Positions 18,273 through 28,347 of a stretch of DNA of 64,000 nucleotides are shown here, in pieces. Location: IMG/VR virus record IMGVR_UViG_3300045988_129191, positions 1 to 64,000 of that record. One strand, 5' to 3'. The translations under genes and the position numbers were made by a program. The notes beneath the pieces are model-generated. The model was not told where the DNA came from. It saw only the letters and a list, made by a program, of their open reading frames with translations, and made no database searches. This stretch comes from a virus. The stretch's first letter is position 1, and every line of letters starts with the position of its first letter.

Positions 18273-19169
18273 ATGAAATTTGAAAATATAAAAGTTTATA
18301 ATTTTGAAAATGCTTTAAGAGGAATGAGAAATCCAAAAAATTCTTGGAATTTAAGTGACAGTTATTTTGGACTTATTAACATTGATGATGATGAGCATGA
18401 TTATGAAGTCGCTGAAGAGTGGGTTCAAAAGAAATTCCCTAATTATCCATCTGAAGCAGACAATGAAGCTCTTATGGCTCAAGAGGAATATGATAGATGG
18501 CTTTTAAACAATGGCGTTCTTGAAATTAATTTTGACCATCAGTTAGCTAATGTTGCTTTTATCGGTCCAAATGATATGAAGCTTGCTAAGGCTCTTATTC
18601 ATGGCGGTTCCGAGCATAGAAAATTTTTGAGACAAATTATGGTAACAGTTGACATTACAGCCCCACTTTTTTGGTGGAAGGAATTTGATACTTATAAAGT
18701 AGGTACTACAGCTAATTCAACTTCTACAATGCATAAACTTACAAGCAAACCAATCACATTAGATTGTTTTGAGATTGATGATTATTGCAGCGACCTTCCA
18801 GTAGAAAAAGTAGACCAGTCCGCAGTGGTAAATCCAGAGTTTATTGACCATTGGCATATGGATATGTTTATTGAAGATTTAATTGATAGACTTGAGGACT
18901 TGCGGCAAGCTTATCTTAAAACAAAAGATAAACGCTATTGGAAAGAACTCGTTCGTTGGTTACCAGAGTCTTGGCTTCAAACGAGAACTGTAACAATGAA
19001 TTATGAGAATGTTTTAGCTATGGTTCATCAGAGAGGCCATCATAAACTTACTGAATGGTCTGGAGATGGAGAAGATTTTATTACAGCAAGTTTTATTAAA
19101 TTTGCTCATTCTTTACCTTATTCTGATGATTTTATCTTTATAGATAACAATGAAACAGAAAGTAAGTAA
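18273..19169 (+). CDS. Hypothetical protein (298 aa)
   Basis: ORF with coupled start; no family recognised. Confidence 0.5.
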   Translation: MKFENIKVYNFENALRGMRNPKNSWNLSDSYFGLINIDDDEHDYEVAEEWVQKKFPNYPSEADNEALMAQEEYDRWLLNNGVLEINFDHQLANVAFIGPNDMKLAKALIHGGSEHRKFLRQIMVTVDITAPLFWWKEFDTYKVGTTANSTSTMHKLTSKPITLDCFEIDDYCSDLPVEKVDQSAVVNPEFIDHWHMDMFIEDLIDRLEDLRQAYLKTKDKRYWKELVRWLPESWLQTRTVTMNYENVLAMVHQRGHHKLTEWSGDGEDFITASFIKFAHSLPYSDDFIFIDNNETESK

Positions 19170-19176
19170 AACAATA

Positions 19177-19205
19177 TTGATTTTTATTTAAAAAAATGTT
19201 ATAAT
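19177..19205 (+). promoter_or_regulatory. Promoter TTGATT-N17-TGtTATAAT
   Basis: -35 at 19177-19182, -10 at 19200-19205. Confidence 0.6.
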
Positions 19206-19242
19206 ATATTTATAAGATGAAAGATGAAAGCGAGTTAAAGAA

Positions 19243-19599
19243 ATGAGTAAAAAGGAAAAATTTATTGAATGTATAGATTCATTATTTGCAGATTTAGATA
19301 TGGCAGATATTGACCCAGATGTAATTGCTTATTGGGAGGCGTTTAAAGGTAAAGGTACTTCTGATAAACCATTATTTACTGATAATGGAAAAATGATTTT
19401 GAAATATATGCAGGAGCATGTTTTTGATATGCCGATGGGCAAGGCAAAAGATATTGCTGAAGGAATGTTTGTTTCTTCAAGAACAGTATCTGGTGCAATT
19501 CAGAAACTTGTTAAAGATGGCTATGTTGAGAAGATTGGGTCAGACCCAGTTGTCTATGTTTTAACAGATAATGGAAAAACAGTTAATATTAATGACTAA
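19243..19599 (+). CDS. Putative winged-helix DNA-binding protein
   Basis: Segment SSRTVSGAIQKLVKDGYVEK resembles a MarR/ArsR-type recognition helix and wing. Confidence 0.45.
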   Translation: MSKKEKFIECIDSLFADLDMADIDPDVIAYWEAFKGKGTSDKPLFTDNGKMILKYMQEHVFDMPMGKAKDIAEGMFVSSRTVSGAIQKLVKDGYVEKIGSDPVVYVLTDNGKTVNIND

Positions 19600-19641
19600 T
19601 TAAATAAAAAGAATAAGTATAATTAAGGAGAATAGAATAAT

Positions 19642-20589
19642 ATGAAGAGTATGGTTAATCGTACACATTTGGAAGGGTTTATTTATGAGCATGACTTACA
19701 GTTAAGAGAGTCTGGTGCAAATTCAAAACATCCAGGAACTAAATTTATCATGGGTAATCTTAGTATTGCCACTGATAATGATATGACAAATATTGTACCT
19801 GTTCATTTTACATATGTAACAGCAACAACCGCAAAAGGAAATTCAAATGCTACATTTGGTATTCTTAATCAGATTATCAATGGAGAACTTGGTTCTGTAA
19901 TGGAGCATGGTAAAGAGAATGCCGCAAAGGTTCGTATTGATTCCGCAGTTGGTTTAAATGAGTTTTATTCTGATAGAAATGGTGAAGAGCAGCTTGTTTC
20001 TGTAAAGAGAAATGAGGGTGGTTTTGTTCATACTTGTGTTGATTTGAATGAAGATGAAAAAATGAGAAATACTTTTGAAGCTGACATTCTTATCACAAAT
20101 GTAAGAGTTATTGAAGCAAATGAAGAGCAGAATACTCCTGAAAAAGCTATTATCAAAGGTGCAATTTTTGACTTCAGAGGTGCAGTTCTTCCTGTTGAGT
20201 TTTCAGCAATTAATCCAGGAGCCATTTCTTATTTTGAAGGACTTGGTGCTTCTGCAAAAGAGCCTGTATTTACAAAAGTAAAAGGTCGTCAGGTATCTGA
20301 AGTAATTTCTCGTACAATTACTGAAGAGTCTGCATTTGGTGAGCCTTATGTAAGAACTGTTCAGTCCAATAGAAAAGATTGGGTTATCACTTGGGCTCTT
20401 CCAGATCCATATGTATGGGATGATGCAAGCACAATTACTGCGGCAGAATTAACTGAGGCTCTTGCTAACAGAGAAGTTTATCTTGCTGATGTGAAGAAAC
20501 GTCAAGATGAGTATAAAGCTTCTAAAGGACATGCAGCTGCTCCAGCTTCTGCAACTCCTGCAAAAGGCGGCGGCGCATTTAACTTCTAA
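19642..20589 (+). CDS. Putative ssDNA-binding protein (gp2.5-like?) with C-terminal ...GGGAFNF tail
   Basis: Strong RBS AAGGAGAA; C-terminal aromatic tail; sits next to a Sak4-like ATPase. Confidence 0.4.
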   Translation: MKSMVNRTHLEGFIYEHDLQLRESGANSKHPGTKFIMGNLSIATDNDMTNIVPVHFTYVTATTAKGNSNATFGILNQIINGELGSVMEHGKENAAKVRIDSAVGLNEFYSDRNGEEQLVSVKRNEGGFVHTCVDLNEDEKMRNTFEADILITNVRVIEANEEQNTPEKAIIKGAIFDFRGAVLPVEFSAINPGAISYFEGLGASAKEPVFTKVKGRQVSEVISRTITEESAFGEPYVRTVQSNRKDWVITWALPDPYVWDDASTITAAELTEALANREVYLADVKKRQDEYKASKGHAAAPASATPAKGGGAFNF

Positions 20590-20762
20590 TGACAGTTTCT
20601 GAATTAATCACTTTACTACAGTCGTATCCAAAAGATGCGATTGTAGTAAATGATATGGGAATTATATCAAAAGAAGATATTTATATACAAAATGAATTTT
20701 ATAATGGTGACAGTGCAAATCCTAATTGTGAAATTTTAAAAAATGTTGTAAGAATTGATTAA
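20589..20762 (+). CDS. Small ORF (57 aa) below the ORF-track cutoff
   Basis: ATG overlaps the upstream TAA (TAATG); fills an otherwise empty 170-nt gap. Confidence 0.3.
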   Translation: MTVSELITLLQSYPKDAIVVNDMGIISKEDIYIQNEFYNGDSANPNCEILKNVVRID

Positions 20763-20811
20763 AATAAAATTGCGGGTGGTCGGATGCCAATGCCGCAAGA
20801 AGGAGAAAATA

Positions 20812-21789
20812 ATGGGAATTAATTTATTGAATATTGAGCCACATAAGGTTAGTAAAGATTTAAGTGGATATATTACTTATATCTATGGGGCTCCTAAAAC
20901 AGGAAAAACAACTTTAGCAGTTCAGATGCCAAAAACACTTTTACTCGCTTTTGAACGTGGATATAACGCATTGCCTGGTGTAATTGCTCAGGATGTTACT
21001 TCTTGGGGAGATATGAAACAGGTTATGAGAGAGCTTAAAAAGCCAGAAGTTAAGGCTAATTTTGATGCCGTAGTTGTTGATACTATTGATATTGCTTCTG
21101 ATTTTTGTCAGAAATATATTTGTCAGCAAAAAGGTATTGAGGCTCTTGGAGACCTTGGTTATGGAAAAGGTTGGACTGCTTTTAAAGATGAATTTAATGA
21201 TGTATTTAGAGGTTTAACTCAGTTAGGATACGCAGTATTTTTCATCGGTCACCACAAAGAGCAGACAATTACAAATGATGATGGAACAGAAAAAATTGTA
21301 ATTCGTCCTGCACTTAGTAACTCAACAAGACAGGTTATTGAAGGTATGGCTGATATTTATGGATATGCTCATCAGTCTAATAAGAATGAAATGTCTGTAT
21401 TAACACTTCGTTGTCCAGATGATTCTATTAGCTGCGGTGGTCGTTTTAAATATATTGCAAGTGAGTTTCCAATGAGTTATGATAATCTTGTAGAAGAGAT
21501 TCATAGAGCTATTGATAAAGAAGCTCTTGAGCATGGTAATCAGTATGTTACTGATGAACGTGAAAAACCTGTTGAGAAAGAGGAATTAGATTATGATGCA
21601 TTAATGAATAAGTTCCAGGAGTTAGTTGGTAATTTAATGCAAGCTTCTGAAGCTAATGGACCTAAGATTACAAAGATTATTGAGAAATATCTTGGTAAAG
21701 GTCGTAAGATTGCGGACGCAACTCCAGAGCAAGTTGAAATGATTAACTTAATCGTAACTGAGATTGAAGAGGAATTAATGCATAGCTAA
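20812..21789 (+). CDS. AAA_24/Sak4-like RecA-family recombination ATPase
   Basis: Walker A GAPKTGKTT; ATG 20812 with RBS AAGGAGAAAA preferred over ORF-track start 20755. Confidence 0.7.
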   Translation: MGINLLNIEPHKVSKDLSGYITYIYGAPKTGKTTLAVQMPKTLLLAFERGYNALPGVIAQDVTSWGDMKQVMRELKKPEVKANFDAVVVDTIDIASDFCQKYICQQKGIEALGDLGYGKGWTAFKDEFNDVFRGLTQLGYAVFFIGHHKEQTITNDDGTEKIVIRPALSNSTRQVIEGMADIYGYAHQSNKNEMSVLTLRCPDDSISCGGRFKYIASEFPMSYDNLVEEIHRAIDKEALEHGNQYVTDEREKPVEKEELDYDALMNKFQELVGNLMQASEANGPKITKIIEKYLGKGRKIADATPEQVEMINLIVTEIEEELMHS

Positions 21790-21804
21790 GATATATAATC
21801 TTAA

Positions 21805-21840
21805 AGTCAATCCAAGTTATATCCTTGGATTGACTTTTTT
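21805..21840 (+). terminator. Intrinsic terminator AGTCAATCCAAG-gttatat-CCTTGGATTGACT followed by T6
   Basis: Read directly; overlaps the next -35. Confidence 0.75.
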
Positions 21841-21858
21841 ATTGAAAAATGATATAAT
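21830..21858 (+). promoter_or_regulatory. Promoter TTGACT-N17-TGaTATAAT
   Basis: -35 at 21830-21835, -10 at 21853-21858. Confidence 0.6.
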
Positions 21859-21892
21859 GTTATTATAGATTGGGAGAAAGGAGTAAGAATAT

Positions 21893-22420
21893 TTGGCACA
21901 TAAAGTAAAATGTATATATTGTCATCAAACGTTTGATAGAGATAAATATTCTTTTGTTCAAGTCTCACCAAGAAGATATGCTCATACTGAATGTGCAAGT
22001 AAAGAGCAAAGTCGTTTAAAACAAGAAGAAGCTGATAAAATAGCTTTAGAAGAATATATCATTAAATTATTGGGCGATGACTTTATAACTCCAAGAGTTA
22101 GAAAACAAATAAATACATACATTGAACAATATCAATATACTTATTCAGGAATCAGAAAAGCTTTAGTTTACTTTTATGAGATAAAAGGTAATTCAACAGA
22201 AAAGGCAAATGGCGGCATAGGCATTGTTCCTTATGTCTATAAAGATGCTTTTAATTATTATTATTCTATTTGGGAAGCGAATCAAAAAAATCAGAATAAA
22301 GATGTTCAAGAATTTGTTTCAAAAGAGAAAGTTATAAAAATCGAACCCCCAAAAAGAAATTTGAGAAAACGGAGATTATTTGCATTTTTAGACGAGGAGG
22401 AAGCTGAAGGTGGCGAGTAA
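21893..22420 (+). CDS. Zn-finger protein upstream of dnaB (possible helicase loader or replication initiator)
   Basis: TTG start with RBS AAAGGAG; N-terminal CxxC...HxxC. Confidence 0.5.
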   Translation: MAHKVKCIYCHQTFDRDKYSFVQVSPRRYAHTECASKEQSRLKQEEADKIALEEYIIKLLGDDFITPRVRKQINTYIEQYQYTYSGIRKALVYFYEIKGNSTEKANGGIGIVPYVYKDAFNYYYSIWEANQKNQNKDVQEFVSKEKVIKIEPPKRNLRKRRLFAFLDEEEAEGGE

Positions 22421-23951
22421 GTATGTCGATGTGACTGCGATAATGCAGGTAATTGGATGTGTTTATAATAATCCTCAGATTTTGGAGTTTGAAGATAAAT
22501 ACACTATTACAGATGAAGATTTTCCAGATGAATTTCATCGAACTGTATTTGGTGCTATTTATAAAATTTATGAACTTGGAGCAAAAACTATTACATTAGA
22601 AAATTTAGCTGATTTTTTAAGTTCAAGACCAAAATCTGCGGCAATATATAAAAAAAATGATGGCGATAAATGGTTATTAAAAGTGTCTGATGTCGCATCT
22701 CAGTTGTCTTTTGATTTCTATTATAATAGATTAAAAAAGATGACTTTGTTAAGAGCTTATGATAATTATGGCGTAGATGTTTCTGATATTTATGACCCAG
22801 ATAATATCTTGGATATAAAAAAGAAACAGCTTCAAGAAGACCTCTTAGATAATTCTTCTTTAGAGGAAATTGCGGATAGGGTTGACCGCAAGATAAGTGA
22901 TATTCGTTTAAAATATGTTGATGATACTACTGGAGAGGCTATCCAAGCTGGAAAAGGTGTTTTACAATTAATTCAGAAATTTAAAGACCATCCAGAAGTA
23001 GGAGTACCTCTTTATGGAAGATTGGTAAATACAGTTACTCGTGGAGCAAGATTAAAGAAATTTTATTTGCGGTCTGCGGCAACTGGTATAGGTAAGACTC
23101 GTTCAATGATTGCAGATGCTTGTAATATAGCTTGTAATAAAATATATGATGAGTCTTTTGGATGGATTAAAAACGGTACATCTGAACCAACTTTATTCAT
23201 TACAACAGAGCAGGAACTTGAAGAAATCCAGACAATGATGTTAGCTTTTCTTTCTAATGTAAATGAAGAGCATATTATTAATGGTGAGTATGAGGGTGAT
23301 GAAGAAGAGCGAGTTATTAAGGCTGGAGAAATTCTTGAAAGTAGTCCATTATATGTAGAAGAATTACCAGACTTCTCATTAAAAGATGTTGAAAATACAA
23401 TTAAGAAAAATATTCGTGACCATGATGTTAAGTATATTTTTCATGATTATATTCATACAAGTCTGAAAATTTTGGAAGAAATTACAAAGAGAAGCGGTGG
23501 AATCAAGCTTCGTGAAGATAATATCTTATTTATGTTATCAAATAAATTAAAAGATATTTGTAATCAATACGGAGTTTTCATTATGTCTGCAACGCAGTTA
23601 AATGGAGATTATCAAGAAGCAAAAACTCCTGACCAAAATTTACTTCGTGGAGCAAAATCTATTGCTGATAAGATTGACTATGGTTCAATTTTATTAAGTG
23701 TTAAAGAAGAAGATATTGATGCTCTTGATTCAATTCTTTCTTCAAATATTTTTGAAAAGCCTACTATTAAAATGTCTGTTTATAAGAATAGACGTGGTAG
23801 ATATAAAGGAATCATTATGTGGTGTAAAGCAGATTTAGGTACTTGTAGAATCCAGCCTATGTTCTGTACTACATATGATTATGAACTTATTAATATGGAT
23901 GATATAAAAATTATTGTAGAGAAAGGTGCTTGGGACGATGATGAAGAGTGA
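22410..23951 (+). CDS. dnaB: Replicative DNA helicase, DnaB family
   Basis: N-terminal DnaB-like domain, Walker A AATGIGKTRS, RecA-like C-terminal domain. Confidence 0.85.
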   Translation: MASKYVDVTAIMQVIGCVYNNPQILEFEDKYTITDEDFPDEFHRTVFGAIYKIYELGAKTITLENLADFLSSRPKSAAIYKKNDGDKWLLKVSDVASQLSFDFYYNRLKKMTLLRAYDNYGVDVSDIYDPDNILDIKKKQLQEDLLDNSSLEEIADRVDRKISDIRLKYVDDTTGEAIQAGKGVLQLIQKFKDHPEVGVPLYGRLVNTVTRGARLKKFYLRSAATGIGKTRSMIADACNIACNKIYDESFGWIKNGTSEPTLFITTEQELEEIQTMMLAFLSNVNEEHIINGEYEGDEEERVIKAGEILESSPLYVEELPDFSLKDVENTIKKNIRDHDVKYIFHDYIHTSLKILEEITKRSGGIKLREDNILFMLSNKLKDICNQYGVFIMSATQLNGDYQEAKTPDQNLLRGAKSIADKIDYGSILLSVKEEDIDALDSILSSNIFEKPTIKMSVYKNRRGRYKGIIMWCKADLGTCRIQPMFCTTYDYELINMDDIKIIVEKGAWDDDEE

Positions 23952-24228
23952 AAAAAATTACAGTAAGAAAAATTACAAAGTGAATAATTTTACAAAGAAG
24001 AAAACTAAAAAGAAAGAAAGTAGAGTAGCAAAAGTTGCTCGTCAGTATGTAGCTCCAAAAGAGATTAGAGCTGGTATGCAGTTCGAATATAAAATGCCAA
24101 TTCCTATGTATGAGGACATTCTTAAAGAGTGTAAGAAGGATGGCGGCGAGGCTCAAGTATATCTTTGCAATTGGGTAAATGAGCAGTTCGGATTGCTTGG
24201 AACTTGTGTAAGAGTTATTCCAGGTTAA
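23926..24228 (+). CDS. Hypothetical basic protein
   Basis: ORF; start possibly at internal MMK. Confidence 0.4.
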   Translation: MLGTMMKSEKNYSKKNYKVNNFTKKKTKKKESRVAKVARQYVAPKEIRAGMQFEYKMPIPMYEDILKECKKDGGEAQVYLCNWVNEQFGLLGTCVRVIPG

Positions 24229-24232
24229 TATT

Positions 24233-24421
24233 ATGAGTGAGCAAGAAATAACAATTCTTAAACTCATGGGACAGGATAAATTCGTTGCTGGCAGAAAATT
24301 AACTCTGTCAGCAGACGAATATAAAATAACTGGTCCAATGAAAGAGTTTGAAGAAGAAACTGGAATAGATTTGACCGCAATAACAGATTTAACATTCTTT
24401 TGGCCAGAAAGTGAAAAATAA
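24233..24421 (+). CDS. Hypothetical small protein (62 aa)
   Basis: ORF. Confidence 0.4.
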   Translation: MSEQEITILKLMGQDKFVAGRKLTLSADEYKITGPMKEFEEETGIDLTAITDLTFFWPESEK

Positions 24422-25528
24422 ATGATTAATTATGATAAAAACGAAATTAGAGATGTTTTAGAATTAGAAAATATATTTGAGTTATTGCAGGAATGGGGAG
24501 GAGATCCAGAGTATACTGGCTTTGGAATCCTCTCTTCTACTATATGTCATAACGAGCCAGGAGAAGGAAGTCGTAAACTATATTATTATAGTAATTCAGG
24601 CTTGTTTAGATGTTATACTGGTTGTGATAGTTATTTTGATATTTTTGAATTAACTCGAAAAGTTGCTAAGATTCAATGGGCGGAAGAATATGATTTAAAT
24701 GATGCAGTACGCTGGGTCGCAAGAAGATTTGGAATTGCAGGAAAAAATGAAGATGGTTCTGAATCTGATGATAAAATTGAAGATTGGAAACTTTTAGCGA
24801 ATTATGAAAAAATAAAAGAAATAGAGTTAAGAGAAAATAAAATAGAATTAAAAGAATTTTGCCCAGATATTTTAACACGATTTAATTATAATATTCTTAT
24901 TATGCCGTGGATAAAAGAAGGAATAACCAATGAAGTTATGAAGCTTGCTCAGATAGGTTATTATCCAGGAGCAGATCAAATTACTATTCCGCATTTTGAT
25001 GTTAATGGTAGATTTATCGGCTTGAGAGGTAGAACCTTAATTGCGGATGAAGCTGAAATATATGGAAAATATAGACCTATGCGAATTAATAAACTATTAT
25101 ATAATCATCCTCTTGGAATGAATTTATATGGTTTAAATTGGAGTAAAGATAATATTAAAACAATGGGAAAAGCTATTGTTTTTGAATCTGAAAAATCTGT
25201 ATTAATGTATGCAAGTTATTTTGGTTGGGACAATAATATTTCAGTTGCTTGTTGCGGTTCAAGCTTATCAGCAAGACAAATTCAATTATTAAAAGAAGCT
25301 GGGGCAAAAGAAATTATTATTGCTTTTGATAGACAGTTTCAAGAAATTGGAGATAAAGAATTTAAACATTTAACAAGAAATCTTACAAGAATTAATGATA
25401 AATATAAGAATGATGTAAATATTAGCTTTATATTTGATAAGAATATGATTACTGGATATAAGGCAAGCCCAATAGATGAAGGGTCTGAAAAATTTCTTAT
25501 ATTATTTAAAGAAAGGATTTTATTATGA
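24422..25528 (+). CDS. dnaG: DNA primase (DnaG-type CHC2 zinc finger plus TOPRIM)
   Basis: Zinc-binding motif CHNEPGE...CYTGCD, TOPRIM-like EGxxD region. Confidence 0.8.
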   Translation: MINYDKNEIRDVLELENIFELLQEWGGDPEYTGFGILSSTICHNEPGEGSRKLYYYSNSGLFRCYTGCDSYFDIFELTRKVAKIQWAEEYDLNDAVRWVARRFGIAGKNEDGSESDDKIEDWKLLANYEKIKEIELRENKIELKEFCPDILTRFNYNILIMPWIKEGITNEVMKLAQIGYYPGADQITIPHFDVNGRFIGLRGRTLIADEAEIYGKYRPMRINKLLYNHPLGMNLYGLNWSKDNIKTMGKAIVFESEKSVLMYASYFGWDNNISVACCGSSLSARQIQLLKEAGAKEIIIAFDRQFQEIGDKEFKHLTRNLTRINDKYKNDVNISFIFDKNMITGYKASPIDEGSEKFLILFKERILL

Positions 25529-25824
25529 TAGTAGATGAACCTTTTAACCCTAATAAATATCCATTAAGAGATTATGCGGGATTTAGTATAGAAGTACCTA
25601 TTCATGGAGATAAATACGGTGCCAGATGTAGATTTTCTCGGATGTATAGAGATGCATTAGATATAATTGATGCAAATATGATTAGTTTTACTTTTCAAGA
25701 CTATTGGGAATTTAATGAATTTGTAGATATGCTAAATCAAATGAAAAAATCACTCGATGAAAAAGCTGGATATGGAAAAGAGATTAGTTCAATAAATAAA
25801 ATTAATTTCGATAAAGGGGAGTGA
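25525..25824 (+). CDS. Hypothetical protein (99 aa)
   Basis: ORF coupled by ATGA overlap. Confidence 0.45.
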   Translation: MIVDEPFNPNKYPLRDYAGFSIEVPIHGDKYGARCRFSRMYRDALDIIDANMISFTFQDYWEFNEFVDMLNQMKKSLDEKAGYGKEISSINKINFDKGE

Positions 25825-25854
25825 TGGATAAATGAAAGGAGGTTGAAATCAACT

Positions 25855-27636
25855 ATGGATTATCAACTTAAAACACCATTGCTCCCAATTAAAAATGAAT
25901 ATACAGTGGTAGAGCGGGTATTTGCAACAAGAGGAGTAGACCCAAAAGATATTCCTCATTATCTTAATACAACTAAAGAAGATATTTTAAATCCTGGTTT
26001 AATTATGAATATAGATAGAGGAGTAAAGATGTTGGCAAAGCATATCGCTCAACAGAATAAGATTTATATTCAAGTAGATAGTGACTGTGATGGTTTTACA
26101 TCTGCGGCATTCCTTATCAATTATTTAAACCGATTATTTCCAGGATATACTCAAACAAAAATTTCATATGGATTACATTCTGGCAAACAACATGGACTTT
26201 ATGAAGAGTTTATTCCAGAATTTATAAAGGAAGATTATAAACTAATTATAGCACCAGATTCATCAAGTAATAATTATGAAGTACATAAAAAGCTTAAAGA
26301 GCTTGGAATTGATGTACTCGTTATTGACCACCATGAGGCTGAAAAAGTTTCAGAAGATGCATGTGTAATAAATAATCAATTATGTGATTATCCAACTAAA
26401 TCTTTATCTGGCGTAGGTATGGTTTATAAATTTTGTTCTTATTTTGATTCAATTATGAATACAGATTGGGCAAATTATTATCTTGACCTTGCGGCACTTG
26501 GAATTATTGCCGATATGATGGATATTCGTGATTTTGAAACAAAAGAAATTATTAATCTTGGTTTAGCATCTGTAGAGAATCCATTCTTTAAAGAGATGGT
26601 GAAAGTGCAAGATTATTCCATTAGCAGAGCAGGAGGATTATGTCCATTTGCAGTTAGTTTTTATATTGCGCCGCAAATAAATGGAACAATTCGTATGGGT
26701 TCTGCGAATGAAAAACTTATGCTTTTTGAATCTATGTTAGATTTTAAAGCTTATGACCAAATTCCTTCTACTAAAAGAGGGTGTAAAGGTCAGTTTGAAA
26801 CCCGCGTAGAACAGGCTTGCCGCAACTGTACAAATATTAAACGTAATCAATCTAAAGCCATTGATGCGAGTCTTCAAACAATCGAAGGAATCATAAAAGA
26901 TAAATCACTTGAAGAAAATAAAATTATTGCAGTTAAGCTTGCTCCTGGAGCAATAAATAAAAATTTAACAGGACTTATTGCAAATCAATTAATGGCTAAA
27001 TATAATCATCCATTTCTTATTCTTATGGAACATCCACAGGAAGATGGTAGTATTAGTTTAGAAGGTTCTGGTAGAAGTTATGAAACTTCTAACTTTAATG
27101 ATTTAAGAACTTTTATTCGAGATAGCGGTTATGCCAGTCTTGCAGAGGGTCATCCTAATGCATTTGGTGCAGCTATTCCAGAAGACAAGTTCAGTGATTT
27201 TATTCAATATTCAAATGAAGCTTTAAAAGATTGCTCATTTACGCCATGTCAAAAAGTTGATTTTATTTGGGATGCAAATGATTTTAAAGCAAATGATATT
27301 ATTGATTTAGCTGAATTAAATACTATTTGGGGACAAGAGCTTGCGGAACCAGTTATCGTAATTAAGAATATTAAAGTAACTAAAGATAATTTATCTTATA
27401 TGGGAAAAGGCGGTAGATGTCCTTCATTTAAGATTACTTTACCCAATGGAACAGGCTTAATTAAATTTAGAATTACTGATGAAGAATTTGATTCATTGCT
27501 TCCTGCAAGTTCTACTGGTAGTAAAAATGTTACGGTTATAGGAACTTGTGCAATCAATGAATGGAATGGTCGTATAACTCCTCAGATTAAAGTTAGTGAT
27601 TATGAAATTACAGGAGAGACTAAATATTATTTTTAA
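25855..27636 (+). CDS. recJ: RecJ-like DHH-family ssDNA exonuclease
   Basis: DHH motifs DSDCDG and DHHE, DHHA1-like C-terminus; ATG 25855 preferred. Confidence 0.85.
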   Translation: MDYQLKTPLLPIKNEYTVVERVFATRGVDPKDIPHYLNTTKEDILNPGLIMNIDRGVKMLAKHIAQQNKIYIQVDSDCDGFTSAAFLINYLNRLFPGYTQTKISYGLHSGKQHGLYEEFIPEFIKEDYKLIIAPDSSSNNYEVHKKLKELGIDVLVIDHHEAEKVSEDACVINNQLCDYPTKSLSGVGMVYKFCSYFDSIMNTDWANYYLDLAALGIIADMMDIRDFETKEIINLGLASVENPFFKEMVKVQDYSISRAGGLCPFAVSFYIAPQINGTIRMGSANEKLMLFESMLDFKAYDQIPSTKRGCKGQFETRVEQACRNCTNIKRNQSKAIDASLQTIEGIIKDKSLEENKIIAVKLAPGAINKNLTGLIANQLMAKYNHPFLILMEHPQEDGSISLEGSGRSYETSNFNDLRTFIRDSGYASLAEGHPNAFGAAIPEDKFSDFIQYSNEALKDCSFTPCQKVDFIWDANDFKANDIIDLAELNTIWGQELAEPVIVIKNIKVTKDNLSYMGKGGRCPSFKITLPNGTGLIKFRITDEEFDSLLPASSTGSKNVTVIGTCAINEWNGRITPQIKVSDYEITGETKYYF

Positions 27637-27640
27637 AATT

Positions 27641-27673
27641 ATATGGCGTATATAATGTACGCCATATTTTTGT
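27641..27673 (+). terminator. Intrinsic terminator ATATGGCGTA-tataatg-TACGCCATAT followed by TTTTTG
   Basis: Read directly. Confidence 0.7.
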
Positions 27674-27777
27674 ACCCATATGCGAGAAGAGCAGGTCTTC
27701 CGGCGGTGATGGGTCATAACAACCGTAATCCAAAACAAAAAGTGGTCTTAGAAATTTTTCACCAAAAATGCCTTATA

Positions 27778-27806
27778 TTGATTTTTTACTTAAAAAATGG
27801 TATAAT
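27778..27806 (+). promoter_or_regulatory. Promoter TTGATT-N17-TGgTATAAT
   Basis: -35 at 27778-27783, -10 at 27801-27806. Confidence 0.6.
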
Positions 27807-27838
27807 ATTTATATAATAAAAAGGGATGGTATATAATT

Positions 27839-28135
27839 ATGACAAGAGAAGTTGAAGAAATGAAAAATAAATTAGATGTAACAGTAATTAATAAAGACCA
27901 GTTAAACAAAATTTTACTTGAAAGAATTAACTTTGCTTTTGATAGTTTATATTTTCGATATGCTATGGCTATTAAAGAGCTTGGTGAATATAAAGAAAAA
28001 GCAGCTTTAAGAGAAGGTAGAAACTTTTCCCGCAAAAGTTGGGAAGATGGACAGTGTATGCATTTTTATAAAGTATTAGAGGAGATATTAGAAGCCCATG
28101 CAGAAGACCACCCACTTCGTTCAAACAGCAAATAA
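27839..28135 (+). CDS. Hypothetical protein (98 aa)
   Basis: RBS AAAAGGGATGG. Confidence 0.5.
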   Translation: MTREVEEMKNKLDVTVINKDQLNKILLERINFAFDSLYFRYAMAIKELGEYKEKAALREGRNFSRKSWEDGQCMHFYKVLEEILEAHAEDHPLRSNSK

Positions 28136-28347
28136 TTCAGTTAGAGCTTTTAAATTAACTAAAAGTGATATATTTTCAGTTTCCATGAAAACATATATGA
28201 AAAGTTCATATTTATGGAATGGAAACTTTAAAATAATGGGATTCAAAAAAGAACGTATATGTTTATATTGGCATTATCATAGAATCCCAACACCGTTTAA
28301 ACAACAAATGATTAGATTAATGTATATGAAAGAGAGTAATGAAATAG

